A stretch of 25,676 nt of DNA from a virus (IMGVR_UViG_3300037851_000561:1-25676), one strand, 5' to 3'. Positions 17,099-25,443 are shown, numbered from the stretch's first letter. Program-made: numbers and translations. Notes: a model not told the origin generated them from the letters alone.

Positions 17099-17392
17099 TT
17101 AGCCGCCCTGCCCGACCTGGTAATTGGCGGCCGGCGTGCCCGAGGCGGCGAGCAGGGACATATGGGTCGAACCCTCGGGGCGGGAGAAGAGCTCCAGGGC
17201 CCCGGCCGGGACGCCGATGTCGGCATTGGTGGCGACGACGGAGACGTCCCCAAACTTGATATAGATGATCTCGGCGGCCGTCGCGCTCTCGTTGAACATG
17301 CGGACGACGGGGCCATTGCCCAGGACGACGCGGGTCGCGGAGGTGCTGGTGGCCTGGCGGGCCGAGCTGTTGACCTTGAACGGATAGAGCAT
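17099..17392 (-). CDS. Small beta-rich virion protein (97 aa)
   Basis: AGGAG SD; lies between the coat and adaptor genes. Confidence 0.75.
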   Translation of the reverse strand: MLYPFKVNSSARQATSTSATRVVLGNGPVVRMFNESATAAEIIYIKFGDVSVVATNADIGVPAGALELFSRPEGSTHMSLLAASGTPAANYQVGQGG

Positions 17393-17407
17393 GTCTTACT
17401 CCTGGGC

Positions 17408-17436
17408 AAAAGAGAGAAGGGGTCCTCGCGGACCCC
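17408..17436 (-). terminator. Intrinsic terminator
   Basis: GGGGTCC-GCGA-GGACCCC hairpin (GNRA loop) followed by TTCTCTCTTTT. Confidence 0.65.
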
Positions 17437-17442
17437 GCGGGC

Positions 17443-17694
17443 TTACTTGTCCTCGGCGCCGGCGGCGATGGCCTTCTTAGCCAACTCGTCGATGTCGGGC
17501 TTCTTGAAGGCGGCCGGCGAGTCCTTCCAGACCGCCTTGTCCACCTTGCGCAGCTCCGCCTCGTTCTGGACGAGCAGGGACTTGCCTTCGGCGTTGTACA
17601 GGTACTGGGGGAAGGCCTGGTGCTGGTAGGGTTTGTGGTGGTCGCCCTGCTCGAGCTCGGTCTGGGTGCGCTGGGCCTTGAGTGTGCTTTCCAT
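17443..17694 (-). CDS. Hypothetical protein downstream of coat (83 aa)
   Basis: AAGGAG SD; FPQYLY...WKDSPA motif. Confidence 0.8.
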   Translation of the reverse strand: MESTLKAQRTQTELEQGDHHKPYQHQAFPQYLYNAEGKSLLVQNEAELRKVDKAVWKDSPAAFKKPDIDELAKKAIAAGAEDK

Positions 17695-17721
17695 GGTGAT
17701 CTCCTTGAATTGATGAAGGTG

Positions 17722-17755
17722 AAAGGAAAGGGCGGGAAGGGCATCCCTCCCGCCC
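17722..17755 (-). terminator. Intrinsic terminator after the coat gene
   Basis: GGGCGGGA...TCCCGCCC stem followed by TTTCCTTT. Confidence 0.6.
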
Positions 17756-17779
17756 GGAGGGACTTCAGACAGCCGGCGT

Positions 17780-19012
17780 TTAGCCGGCGACGCGAGTGGC
17801 CAGTTCGGACTTCACGGCTAGATAGCCGTAGAGGGTATCGAACCGGCAGATGCGCCTGTTTTCCTGGATGTCGAACCCGCGCAGGAAGCGCAGCGACATG
17901 TTCTCGATCCGGGACCTGGAAGCCATGTCCATCCCCTTCGGAACCATCAAGTTCGTGGAGACGAACGTGAAGGCGTCCTTGTGGTAGGTCAGGTTGACCG
18001 GATAGACGGCGTTGGCGGTGCCGACCACGGTGATGGCCGCGTTGTCGGCCGGCGAGCCCGTCACGGTCTGGTAGGCGCCACCGGTGATGATGGCGGGGCT
18101 GATGACCGCGGTCAGGTTGCCCGACCCGTCGGAGGAGACGTCGGCCGTCACCACGAACTTCTGGGCGGTCCCGAGGGTCTGCTTGGTCTCGTGGTGGACT
18201 TCGTTCACCCCGTCGATAGTGAAGATGTCCCCCTTCTTGAGGCGCGAAGCCGCGGCCGCGGTCCACCCGTCGGTGATGAGGGAGGTGGTCGCCGCCCACC
18301 CGGAGCTGATGCCCTGGGAGGCACCGTTCACGAGGGGGGTGCCGCCAAGCGGTCCTACGGTGTGGTTGCGGATGAGGGAGGACATGCGGAAGTCGAATCC
18401 GGCGATGCGGCCGAGGACACCGTCCTCGTACTGCTTCTCGACCTGGCTCGAGCTGTGGAAGAGACCCTTCAAGGCGTCCACCATCGACCCCTCGGCGTCG
18501 GGGTTGATGAGGGCGGTGCGCTGGCTACGCGGCGCGAGGCTCTTGTTGAGCCGCTTGCCGGCGTCGGTGAAGACTGACAGCGCCGCCGGGGTGGTGCCGA
18601 TGGTCCCCACCTGGTTCCAGACGGACTGGTACATGGAGAGGGCGTCGTATTCCATCTCGGCCGCCAGGCGGGACATCGCCGGCTTGAGATAGCGCTCGGC
18701 GAAGTCGTCGATGGTGAGGACCAGGTCGACGTCCAGGAAGTCCCAGTCCACGCCCTTGATCGTCGAAACGGTCAGGTCCTGGCTGTATTCCCCGATGTCC
18801 TGGTTGGACCAGGCGTTGCCCGTGCGGACGGTCACCTGGACGGGACGGCGGATCTTGAGCGTGGGGCCCTTCTTGCCCCTTACGCTGGCTCCCTCCTCGC
18901 CGAATTGGTCGTCCCATTCGCGATTGATGGAGCGGATGAACTGGCTCTCCTGATGCAGGATGAGCGTGGCCTCACGGGTGATCTCCGTGGGGCTAAGCAG
19001 GGTGTCAGCCAT
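17780..19012 (-). CDS. Major capsid protein (P22 coat gp5 family)
   Basis: ITREATLILH, LKIRRP, LTIDDFAERYLKPAMSRLA, RFDTLYGY motifs; AAGGAG SD. Confidence 0.93.
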   Translation of the reverse strand: MADTLLSPTEITREATLILHQESQFIRSINREWDDQFGEEGASVRGKKGPTLKIRRPVQVTVRTGNAWSNQDIGEYSQDLTVSTIKGVDWDFLDVDLVLTIDDFAERYLKPAMSRLAAEMEYDALSMYQSVWNQVGTIGTTPAALSVFTDAGKRLNKSLAPRSQRTALINPDAEGSMVDALKGLFHSSSQVEKQYEDGVLGRIAGFDFRMSSLIRNHTVGPLGGTPLVNGASQGISSGWAATTSLITDGWTAAAASRLKKGDIFTIDGVNEVHHETKQTLGTAQKFVVTADVSSDGSGNLTAVISPAIITGGAYQTVTGSPADNAAITVVGTANAVYPVNLTYHKDAFTFVSTNLMVPKGMDMASRSRIENMSLRFLRGFDIQENRRICRFDTLYGYLAVKSELATRVAG

Positions 19013-19017
19013 GGCAG

Positions 19018-19112
19018 GCTACTCCTTGAGATGCGGGTGCGGCGTCGCACTTGGAGTAGCAGCATGACAGGGAGCCTCTTGGAGAGGTCCCAGGATTTTA
19101 ATCCTCGCATGC
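19018..19112 (-). promoter_or_regulatory. Structured intergenic leader upstream of the coat gene (candidate cis-regulatory RNA)
   Basis: Five complementary pairs read directly, including GCTACTCC/GGAGTAGC, which covers the SD. Confidence 0.5.
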
Positions 19113-19136
19113 GCTCGGCTTGACCCATGGTGTTTT

Positions 19137-19964
19137 TTACTTCTTGGCCTTCTTCTCGGCCATCCGGCGTTTTGCCCATTCGTCGTCCGTGAGCTCGTCA
19201 CGGCCTTTCTCCACCGAAGCCCTATTGCGAACGGGCGAGACCGGATCGGGAGCTCCGGATCTCTTCTTTTCTTCGGGCTTGGCGGCCGCAGCAGGCAGCT
19301 TGTCGGCAAGGCGGGTAAGCTCCGCCACCTGGCGCGCGGGCGACAGGGCGGCGATGCGCTTGGCCTCCTTGAGGTCGTTCCCCAGCTTCTCGAGGAGGGC
19401 GGGGCCCGCCTCGATGTCCTGGATGAAATCGATCGCGGTCGGCGAGAAGCGGACCCGGGCGTCGCGGAGGTTGTCCACCGCGTCGTCGTATCCGTCGCTC
19501 ACCTCCCGGTACTCGTCCTCGCGGGCGGCGAAGGCTTCGGCCTGCTCTTCCGAGCTGGCCGCTTCCTTGTTCCGCGCCTCGTTCTTGGAGTGGGACTTCA
19601 GCTCTTGGCGGGCGGTCCACTTCGCGATCGCCTTCGTGAACTCTTTCGGGTCCGTGAAGTCGTCGGGGTTGGGCTCGGCATCCGGATCGGCGGCCGATGC
19701 GGCGGGCTTGGACCCACCCTCTCCGGCCTTGCCCTCGGCGAGACGCTTGTAGTACTCGGCTTCCGCCTTGTACTGGTACTTCTCCTCCGTGAGCTTGTCG
19801 ATCCGACGCTGGATACCGCGCGAGCGGGGCTTACCCCCCTCGGTCCCCTTGTCCGCGGCCTGGGATCCGTCAGCGCCGGCCGGCGCCGTGTCGTCTCCTC
19901 CTTGGGCCCCGGTAGCGGGGACGGAAGGGGTGGTGTTGTCTGCTGCTGCGTTCTGGATGGTCAT
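19137..19964 (-). CDS. Scaffolding protein
   Basis: Between portal and coat; GIQRRIDKLT, EPNPDDF and basic C-terminus DELTDDEWAKRR. Confidence 0.85.
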   Translation of the reverse strand: MTIQNAAADNTTPSVPATGAQGGDDTAPAGADGSQAADKGTEGGKPRSRGIQRRIDKLTEEKYQYKAEAEYYKRLAEGKAGEGGSKPAASAADPDAEPNPDDFTDPKEFTKAIAKWTARQELKSHSKNEARNKEAASSEEQAEAFAAREDEYREVSDGYDDAVDNLRDARVRFSPTAIDFIQDIEAGPALLEKLGNDLKEAKRIAALSPARQVAELTRLADKLPAAAAKPEEKKRSGAPDPVSPVRNRASVEKGRDELTDDEWAKRRMAEKKAKK

Positions 19965-22048
19965 TGGATAGCTCCAACGGATTCGGGACCCAGGGGGTCC
20001 AACCCCGCGAGCGGCGCGGGTGCCGGCCCAGGTTCCGCGACGGGCGCGGGCGCGGTGTTCCGAAGCTGGGCGACTTCGGCGCGAAGTTCGGAGACGGCCT
20101 CGAGGATATCCTGGATGACCGGGACGAGGGTCTCGAGGCTGGGAGCGGGCGAGCCGGCCGGGGCCGGGGCGGGAGAGGTGGGCGCCGCAGGGGCGGCGGG
20201 GAGGGCCGGGGCCGCGGCCTGGGCCTGCACCCTGGCGACCTCGACCTTGGACCAGGCCTCGATCTTGGCCTTCTCGATCTCGAGGGCGTGCTTGGCCTGG
20301 CGCTCAGCCTCCTTGTCGGCGAGCTCGGCTTGGGCGGCGGCCAGCTGGTCGGAGGTGGCGGCGAGCTGGACCTCCATCTGCTGCATGGCCTGGACCATGG
20401 CCGGGTCTGGGGCGGGGCCCTCGATGGGTTGGCCGTCGGGGCCGGTCTTGGAGATACCGAGCTTCTCGCGGATGCGGTCGGCGAGCTCGGTGGCCTTGTC
20501 GAAGTCGAAGGACTCGATGACCAGGTCCGGACCTACCTCGCCGATGATGGGCATCTTCTCGACCAGGGTGGTCAAAGCTTCGGCGGTCTCCTGGCGTTTG
20601 GTGGCGTAGGAGGGACCCGCCTCGGAAATCACCTCGTACTCGCCGCCCCAGTCCTCGAGAAAGTCGGTGAGGCCCAGAGCCTTCGCCTCCTCCTCTTTCA
20701 TGTTGAGCCCGAGGGCCATCTCCTTGCCGTCGTCTCCCACAATCTGCAGGACGCGCTTGAGGTCGAAGACCCGGGGGGCCATGTCGTTGATGATGCAGCC
20801 CAGGTGTCCGACCGCGCGGGTGAGGTTGTCAGTGTAGTGGAAGTTCGCGGTATCACCCTCGCGCTGCAGGGCGATGATGGCCTTGCCGGTCTTCTCGGGC
20901 CCGGAGATGCCCAGGGCGGCGTTGGAGAGGCCCGAGGTGTACTTGATGTCCTCCCGGGCCGCCACCTTGGCGTTGATGACCGAGACGGGCACGCCCTCCG
21001 GGGCGGTGAACTCGGGCCGGGACATGGGCGCCTGGGGGTCCACGTTGAAGGGGAGGTAGGCGGTATCGTCCTTGTTCGCGCCCTTCCAGTGGTGGTCTAC
21101 GCCCTCGAAGTGCTTCTTGGTGCCTACCCATTTGCCCTTGGGCAGCTGGGCGGTGCGCTCCGCCTCGGCCGTGGCCATCACGTTGTACATGGTCTGGGCG
21201 TCCTTGGAGCGGCGGACGAGACCGCGACGGTAGCGCTTGCCCTCGACGATCATCTCCTCGCCTACCACCTCGACGATGGGGACGTATTTCGAGGGGAACT
21301 CCTTGAAGTCGAGGACCTTGGAGGCGGTGAGCTTGTACCACTCGCACTTGCGGTTCTTACCCTCGCCCACGAGGCGGAAGTACTCGACAATCTTGACCGT
21401 CTTGCCGTTGTACCAGTCCTTCTGGGTGGCGCCGGCGGAATCGGAAGACCAGGACCCCGCTTCGGCGTCCTTGACCTCGGGGGCGTCCTTGTCTACCTCG
21501 TCCTCGATGAAGCCAAAGAGGGCGTCGGACCCGTCGGGCTCCTGGCGGTCCGGATCCAGGTGGGCAGCGCACCAGTTGGGGATGCGCTTAACGAGGATAT
21601 CCTGCTCGTTGGTCTCCGAGTCGATGACCTCGGTCAGGACGCGCATGTAGCCCTCGCCGACCTTGACGGCCGACTCGGCGCAGAAGTCGAGGATGGCGGG
21701 AGTCTTGCTCCTGTTCTCGACGTAGCGGATCACGGCCTGACGGCGCTTCGCCTTGGCCACGTCGGCGCCGCCGCCCCGGGGCCGGACCTTGATCCCTAGC
21801 TTGTTCTGGCGCATATCGTTCACCACCTGGTGGATGGTGGTGCCGAGATGGTCGATGACGAGCATGGCCTTGCCGCGGCGCTTCTTCTTGATGGGCTCCG
21901 GCCACTGCTCGAGGAGGTCGACGAATTTTTGATCCTCGAGAGCGTCTTTCCGGTAGAGTCCTTCAGCGGTCGTGCAGCGCTTATAGCGCTCCAAGGCCTC
22001 CTTGAGGACGGCCTCGTGTTCCTTCTTGGTGCCCTTGGCGAAAATCAT
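19961..22048 (-). CDS. Portal protein (P22-like, 695 aa)
   Basis: Starts MIFAKG (ATGA overlap); EDQKF..EQWP, YVPIVEVVG, GLVRRSKDAQTMYN, GPSYATKRQE motifs; C-terminal helical barrel. Confidence 0.93.
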   Translation of the reverse strand: MIFAKGTKKEHEAVLKEALERYKRCTTAEGLYRKDALEDQKFVDLLEQWPEPIKKKRRGKAMLVIDHLGTTIHQVVNDMRQNKLGIKVRPRGGGADVAKAKRRQAVIRYVENRSKTPAILDFCAESAVKVGEGYMRVLTEVIDSETNEQDILVKRIPNWCAAHLDPDRQEPDGSDALFGFIEDEVDKDAPEVKDAEAGSWSSDSAGATQKDWYNGKTVKIVEYFRLVGEGKNRKCEWYKLTASKVLDFKEFPSKYVPIVEVVGEEMIVEGKRYRRGLVRRSKDAQTMYNVMATAEAERTAQLPKGKWVGTKKHFEGVDHHWKGANKDDTAYLPFNVDPQAPMSRPEFTAPEGVPVSVINAKVAAREDIKYTSGLSNAALGISGPEKTGKAIIALQREGDTANFHYTDNLTRAVGHLGCIINDMAPRVFDLKRVLQIVGDDGKEMALGLNMKEEEAKALGLTDFLEDWGGEYEVISEAGPSYATKRQETAEALTTLVEKMPIIGEVGPDLVIESFDFDKATELADRIREKLGISKTGPDGQPIEGPAPDPAMVQAMQQMEVQLAATSDQLAAAQAELADKEAERQAKHALEIEKAKIEAWSKVEVARVQAQAAAPALPAAPAAPTSPAPAPAGSPAPSLETLVPVIQDILEAVSELRAEVAQLRNTAPAPVAEPGPAPAPLAGLDPLGPESVGAIQ

Positions 22049-22281
22049 GCCCAGACCGCCTCGCAATGGGCTTGAATGAGGGGGCACGCCCACAAGATCA
22101 TCTGCCGGATGTAGAGAGCCTGATCCCGCTCCCACCTGCCGCGGAGGATGACCTCGCAGAACAGGTCCAAGGCCTGGTCATTCTGCAGGGTGCGATCCAG
22201 GCGGCGGGCGTAGGCTCGGCACGAGGCGCAGGTGCAGCCGGGGGCGTGGGGGGCGGGGCGGCCGCGCTTCACACCATCCAT
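22045..22281 (-). CDS. Small Cys-containing protein between terL and portal (78 aa)
   Basis: Overlaps both neighbours; HAPGCTCASC motif. Confidence 0.55.
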   Translation of the reverse strand: MDGVKRGRPAPHAPGCTCASCRAYARRLDRTLQNDQALDLFCEVILRGRWERDQALYIRQMILWACPLIQAHCEAVWA

Positions 22282-23006
22282 GCGTGGTCCCCCTCGTATC
22301 GGTCGGGGTCCTTGGCCTCCACCGGCTTCACCACGGCAAGGTCCCGGCCGGAGACCACCGCGTAGCGGGTGCCGTCTAGCAGGTGGTCCCCGGGCCCCGT
22401 CTGGTCCTTCACGATCTGGCCCTTCTCGTTGCGGCGGTAGAGGCGGTATTCCTCAAACCACTGGCCGCAGGAGGCGAAGACCTTTAGCCGGCCCTGGGAG
22501 AGCAGCTCCCAGACGATGTAGATGCCGGCCTCGACGGCGTTATTGGCGGGGGTGAGGTGGAGGCCCAGCTCGGTGTAGGTCTCGATTAGTTTGTTGCCGT
22601 CGGCCTGGGCGCGGCCGCGGGCCGCCGGGTCGACGACGCCCGGGATCCAGTCGCCGCGCGCCTTGATGGCCTGGGCATGCACCGAGGGCTCGACCTGGCC
22701 GCGCTTGTAGACCGAATAGATGTAGGTGGTCTGGGTCTCACGGTCGAGGGCCAGGAAGGGCGCGGCGGTGAAGCGCCAGCCCACGTCCAGGCCGTAGACG
22801 CGGGGCCAGTGGGACGGGATGGCGAAATCGGCGATGGTGATCTCGGACTCGGAGACCTGGTAGATGGCGCCGGCACCCAGTTGGGGGATGCCCTTCGAGC
22901 GGGCGTCCCGCTGGTAGGGCGGGAAGCTCTTCAGGATGTCCGCCTTGGCCTCTTCGGTGAGGTGGGGGACGTCGTCCCAGGTGCAGGTGATGACGGCGCG
23001 GGTCAT
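22269..23006 (-). CDS. terL: Terminase large subunit, C-terminal part (lid plus RNase H-like nuclease)
   Basis: TWDDVPHL, RDARSKGIP, GLDVGW, FEEYRLYRR, DHLLDGTRY match the C-terminal half of P22 gp2; ATG lies 1 nt after the upstream stop. Confidence 0.88.
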   Translation of the reverse strand: MTRAVITCTWDDVPHLTEEAKADILKSFPPYQRDARSKGIPQLGAGAIYQVSESEITIADFAIPSHWPRVYGLDVGWRFTAAPFLALDRETQTTYIYSVYKRGQVEPSVHAQAIKARGDWIPGVVDPAARGRAQADGNKLIETYTELGLHLTPANNAVEAGIYIVWELLSQGRLKVFASCGQWFEEYRLYRRNEKGQIVKDQTGPGDHLLDGTRYAVVSGRDLAVVKPVEAKDPDRYEGDHAWMV

Positions 23007-23007
23007 C

Positions 23008-23730
23008 TCAAGCCCCAGGCATGCGGCCATCAGGAAGGAAAGACAGAACCACATCAGTCATGCCCTCCAGCGGCGTGAAGGTGAGCATGAGGATCCCGTT
23101 GTTCGTCATGGTGCGAGTGAGGCACTCGGTGTACACGGGCATTGGCGGTTCCTCGTCCAGCCATATCACGTCCTGCTCTTCGCCTTCAAAGCCTTTTCGG
23201 CCCTGTTCATAGCTCTTGAAGACGAGGAGAGAATACCCGCCGGTGACGTGCTTGACGTGGACCAGGGCGATTCCATCGGGCACGCCTCCCTTGGCCAGGT
23301 GCCGGCCGATATGGGCTGCGGGGATGAGTCCGGTGCCGAGGGCTTGAGGAGGGCCGAGGAGCTTTTTCTGGACGACGTCGCGGGTCTTTTCGTGGGTCGT
23401 GCCGCAAGCCCAAGCTGAAACGGGGCGGTCGAACCGGCGGCCGGGCCACCATTCGGGATAGAGGCCAGTGAGGTGCAGGCCGGTCTCGTATCCGCCCATT
23501 CCCTCGGTCTTTCCGATGCGGTTGGCGCAGAGGGCCAGGCGCTCACGATGGATAAGACCAGCAGCGAAGAATTCCAGATGCTTCGGATACAGCTCACGGC
23601 GGAAAGGGCCTTCATCCGGGAAGTACTCCCGCCACTTGTTCTGCGACCGGCGGCATTCCTTCTCCTGGAGCAGGGTGAGGAACTCCATTTTTTCGGGCGA
23701 GCTGAGCGATCCGGCGGTCGAGTTCTGCAT
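23008..23730 (-). CDS. terL: Terminase large subunit, N-terminal ATPase part
   Basis: Walker A ANRIGKT, Walker B IWLDEE, coupling motif TFT; HLTGLYP as in P22 gp2. Confidence 0.9.
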   Translation of the reverse strand: MQNSTAGSLSSPEKMEFLTLLQEKECRRSQNKWREYFPDEGPFRRELYPKHLEFFAAGLIHRERLALCANRIGKTEGMGGYETGLHLTGLYPEWWPGRRFDRPVSAWACGTTHEKTRDVVQKKLLGPPQALGTGLIPAAHIGRHLAKGGVPDGIALVHVKHVTGGYSLLVFKSYEQGRKGFEGEEQDVIWLDEEPPMPVYTECLTRTMTNNGILMLTFTPLEGMTDVVLSFLPDGRMPGA

Positions 23731-24220
23731 CGGACAGGGTCCTCACGTCCAGGGGCCCGCCCTCCTTGCCCGTGATCTCCTGGCGCTGGAAGCCGCCGTA
23801 CTTGCGAGGGTTGAGCTTTTCGGCGGCCCACTGCCGGCCGGCCATGCGGACGCGCGCGGCGAAGGCGGAGTCCTTGTCGATGGCCTTGTCGGCCTCGTCC
23901 TTCACCTCGTCGGCAAAGGTGTCGCCCTGCCAGAGCCTCGCCTGATCGTAGATGTCCTGAAATTCGGGGTGGTCGAGCAGCCAGCGGTAGACCGTTCCCC
24001 GCGCAGGCATGGCCTCGTCCTTGCAGATGGAGGCCAGGGACTCGCCCTCTGCGAGGCGTCCGCAGATGGCCTTTGCGGTCTCGGCGTTGTAGTCGGTGGG
24101 GCGGCCGGGCTTCGGTGGGGTTGGGGCTTTCGGGGGTGGGAGCGGGTTGTGGACCGTGACCTTGGAAGACCCGGGCTTACGAGCTTCGCGCTTGCGTGGA
24201 CGGCCTGCCGAGCGCTGCAT
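23612..24220 (-). CDS. terS: Terminase small subunit (Sf6-like HTH type)
   Basis: GRPTDY...ICGRLAEGESLASIC..EAMP...TVYRWL, KLNPRKYG, EITGKEGGP. Confidence 0.92.
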   Translation of the reverse strand: MQRSAGRPRKREARKPGSSKVTVHNPLPPPKAPTPPKPGRPTDYNAETAKAICGRLAEGESLASICKDEAMPARGTVYRWLLDHPEFQDIYDQARLWQGDTFADEVKDEADKAIDKDSAFAARVRMAGRQWAAEKLNPRKYGGFQRQEITGKEGGPLDVRTLSDAELDRRIAQLARKNGVPHPAPGEGMPPVAEQVAGVLPG

Positions 24221-24330
24221 ACAGAGGCAAAGGTATCACGCTTGCGACCTCGAAATTTCAACTATCACTAGTGACCTCTTAGCATCTCTTATTACTTCCA
24301 CCGATGCGCAAGGATTCTGAGAGGGTTTCG

Positions 24331-24339
24331 TGCTATATT
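24331..24339 (+). promoter_or_regulatory. Extended -10 promoter, probably giving a leaderless mRNA
   Basis: TG-C-TATATT, 6 nt before ATG 24346; no SD. Confidence 0.5.
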
Positions 24340-24345
24340 TTTCTC

Positions 24346-24582
24346 ATGACCTCTGCGCAAGCTCCTTCTTATGGGCAACTCCTCAAGCGGATCCGCCTCA
24401 CGAAGCGGGATGCGGAGGGGCGCCCTCAACCCTGGACTCAATACGAACTCCACCGGCTGAGCGGTGTGGCGGAATCCGAGATTTGCGCTATTGAGAAGGG
24501 CCGGCGCTCCCCCCAGGACGGCACCCGCGTGAAGCTGGCGACCGCCTTGGAGGCGCCCGAGCTGCTGCCCGCCGACCTCTAA
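24346..24582 (+). CDS. Stand-alone XRE-family HTH regulator (78 aa)
   Basis: GQLLKRIR...WTQYELHRLSGVAESEICAIEKGRRSP...KLATALE. Confidence 0.88.
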   Translation: MTSAQAPSYGQLLKRIRLTKRDAEGRPQPWTQYELHRLSGVAESEICAIEKGRRSPQDGTRVKLATALEAPELLPADL

Positions 24583-24670
24583 CCCCCGTGGGGCAAGGCG
24601 AGGCAACTGCACGCGCGGAAGCTGCGAGAAGGTTCGCCCTCCTTTGACGCTTTCTTCGGCTTTTAGGCGC

Positions 24671-24907
24671 TCAAGATTGCACCTCCGTGACGCTTTCCTC
24701 CTCTTTGATGTTGATAATGATGTCCGCATGGCCGCCTTCCGCATGGGCCAGAGCCTGCATATCCACTGTCAGGCGCAAGCTCTCCTCGAGGACCCGGCGG
24801 CGGATGTTCTCGGCGGCCTTGTCCGCCTCCTCCTTGGCAATGCGCTGGATGAGGGGCTGCATGGATTGCGCCAGGATGCGGCGGTAGTCGTGGAGTCGGA
24901 ATTGCAA
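24671..24907 (-). CDS. Hypothetical protein (about 78 aa)
   Basis: AAAGGAG SD before TTG 24907; helical. Confidence 0.55.
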   Translation of the reverse strand: MQFRLHDYRRILAQSMQPLIQRIAKEEADKAAENIRRRVLEESLRLTVDMQALAHAEGGHADIIINIKEEESVTEVQS

Positions 24908-24920
24908 TGCTTCTCCTTTC

Positions 24921-24955
24921 AAAAAGCGCCCCAGCCCCGCGAGAGGGTGGGGCGC
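24921..24955 (-). terminator. Intrinsic terminator after the tad2-like gene
   Basis: GCGCCCCA...TGGGGCGC stem followed by TTTTT. Confidence 0.7.
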
Positions 24956-24962
24956 GGGTGGT

Positions 24963-25367
24963 TTATTCGACGGTGATCCAGTCCTCGGCCAGCATGTCGC
25001 TCTGGGTGGCCAGCCAGCCGACCTGGATGGCTTTCTGGGCGGTCATAAGGCACAGGCAGGGCCCGGCATAGGGGGCGCGGAAGGCGTCCGCCGCGTCCAT
25101 GGACGTGACCGGCTCGCCGGGGCCGGGCTTGTGATTCACCTGGACATGGGGTAGGCCTTGGAAAACAAACATCCCCTTGCCATTCCAGCCCAAGCGCGTG
25201 ATATAGCGGCCGCGCTTCAGGTGGTGGAGAGCCTCTTCGAAGCCCATGGCGGGCCGCATGGCTGGGTTCTCGGCGATGTTCGCACTCTGGCCTCGGGCGA
25301 ACCCCGCTCTCCGGAGCGTGTCCTCAGCGCTTATCTTTTCCTGGGCCTTAAATTCGTCTCTGCACAT
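24963..25367 (-). CDS. tad2: DUF2829 / Thoeris anti-defence 2 (Tad2)-like protein (134 aa)
   Basis: MGFEEALHHLKRG..ITRLGWNGKGMFVF and GWLATQSDMLAEDW signatures; GGAG SD before ATG 25367. Confidence 0.85.
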   Translation of the reverse strand: MCRDEFKAQEKISAEDTLRRAGFARGQSANIAENPAMRPAMGFEEALHHLKRGRYITRLGWNGKGMFVFQGLPHVQVNHKPGPGEPVTSMDAADAFRAPYAGPCLCLMTAQKAIQVGWLATQSDMLAEDWITVE

Positions 25368-25443
25368 TTCAATTTCTCCATTCCGCCCACTACCCCGGGC
25401 CAGGGTTGCCGGCATCCGGCCGGCGTCGGGGCCTTGCGGCCGG

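Noticed and set aside
4698-21799. Long plus-strand ORFs (e.g. 5375..6715, 8129..9772, 13738..15174, 19964..21799)
   Set aside because: They are antisense shadows of GC-rich minus-strand genes, with no motifs and full overlap with well-supported genes.
19961-22135. ORF-track N-terminal extensions of portal (and likewise hub, tailspike, ejection protein and tad2)
   Set aside because: The extensions overlap upstream genes; downstream starts with stop/start coupling or an SD fit better.
23004-23016. RF2-type programmed +1 frameshift at the terL split
   Set aside because: The codon before the stop is GCT, not CTT, so re-pairing in +1 is poor; reinitiation or an indel is more plausible.
23687-23693. 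Slippery A-AAA-AAT heptamer in the terS/terL overlap as a possible TerS-TerL fusion signal
   Set aside because: terL is in the +1 frame relative to terS; a -1 shift enters the third frame, which does not look coding.
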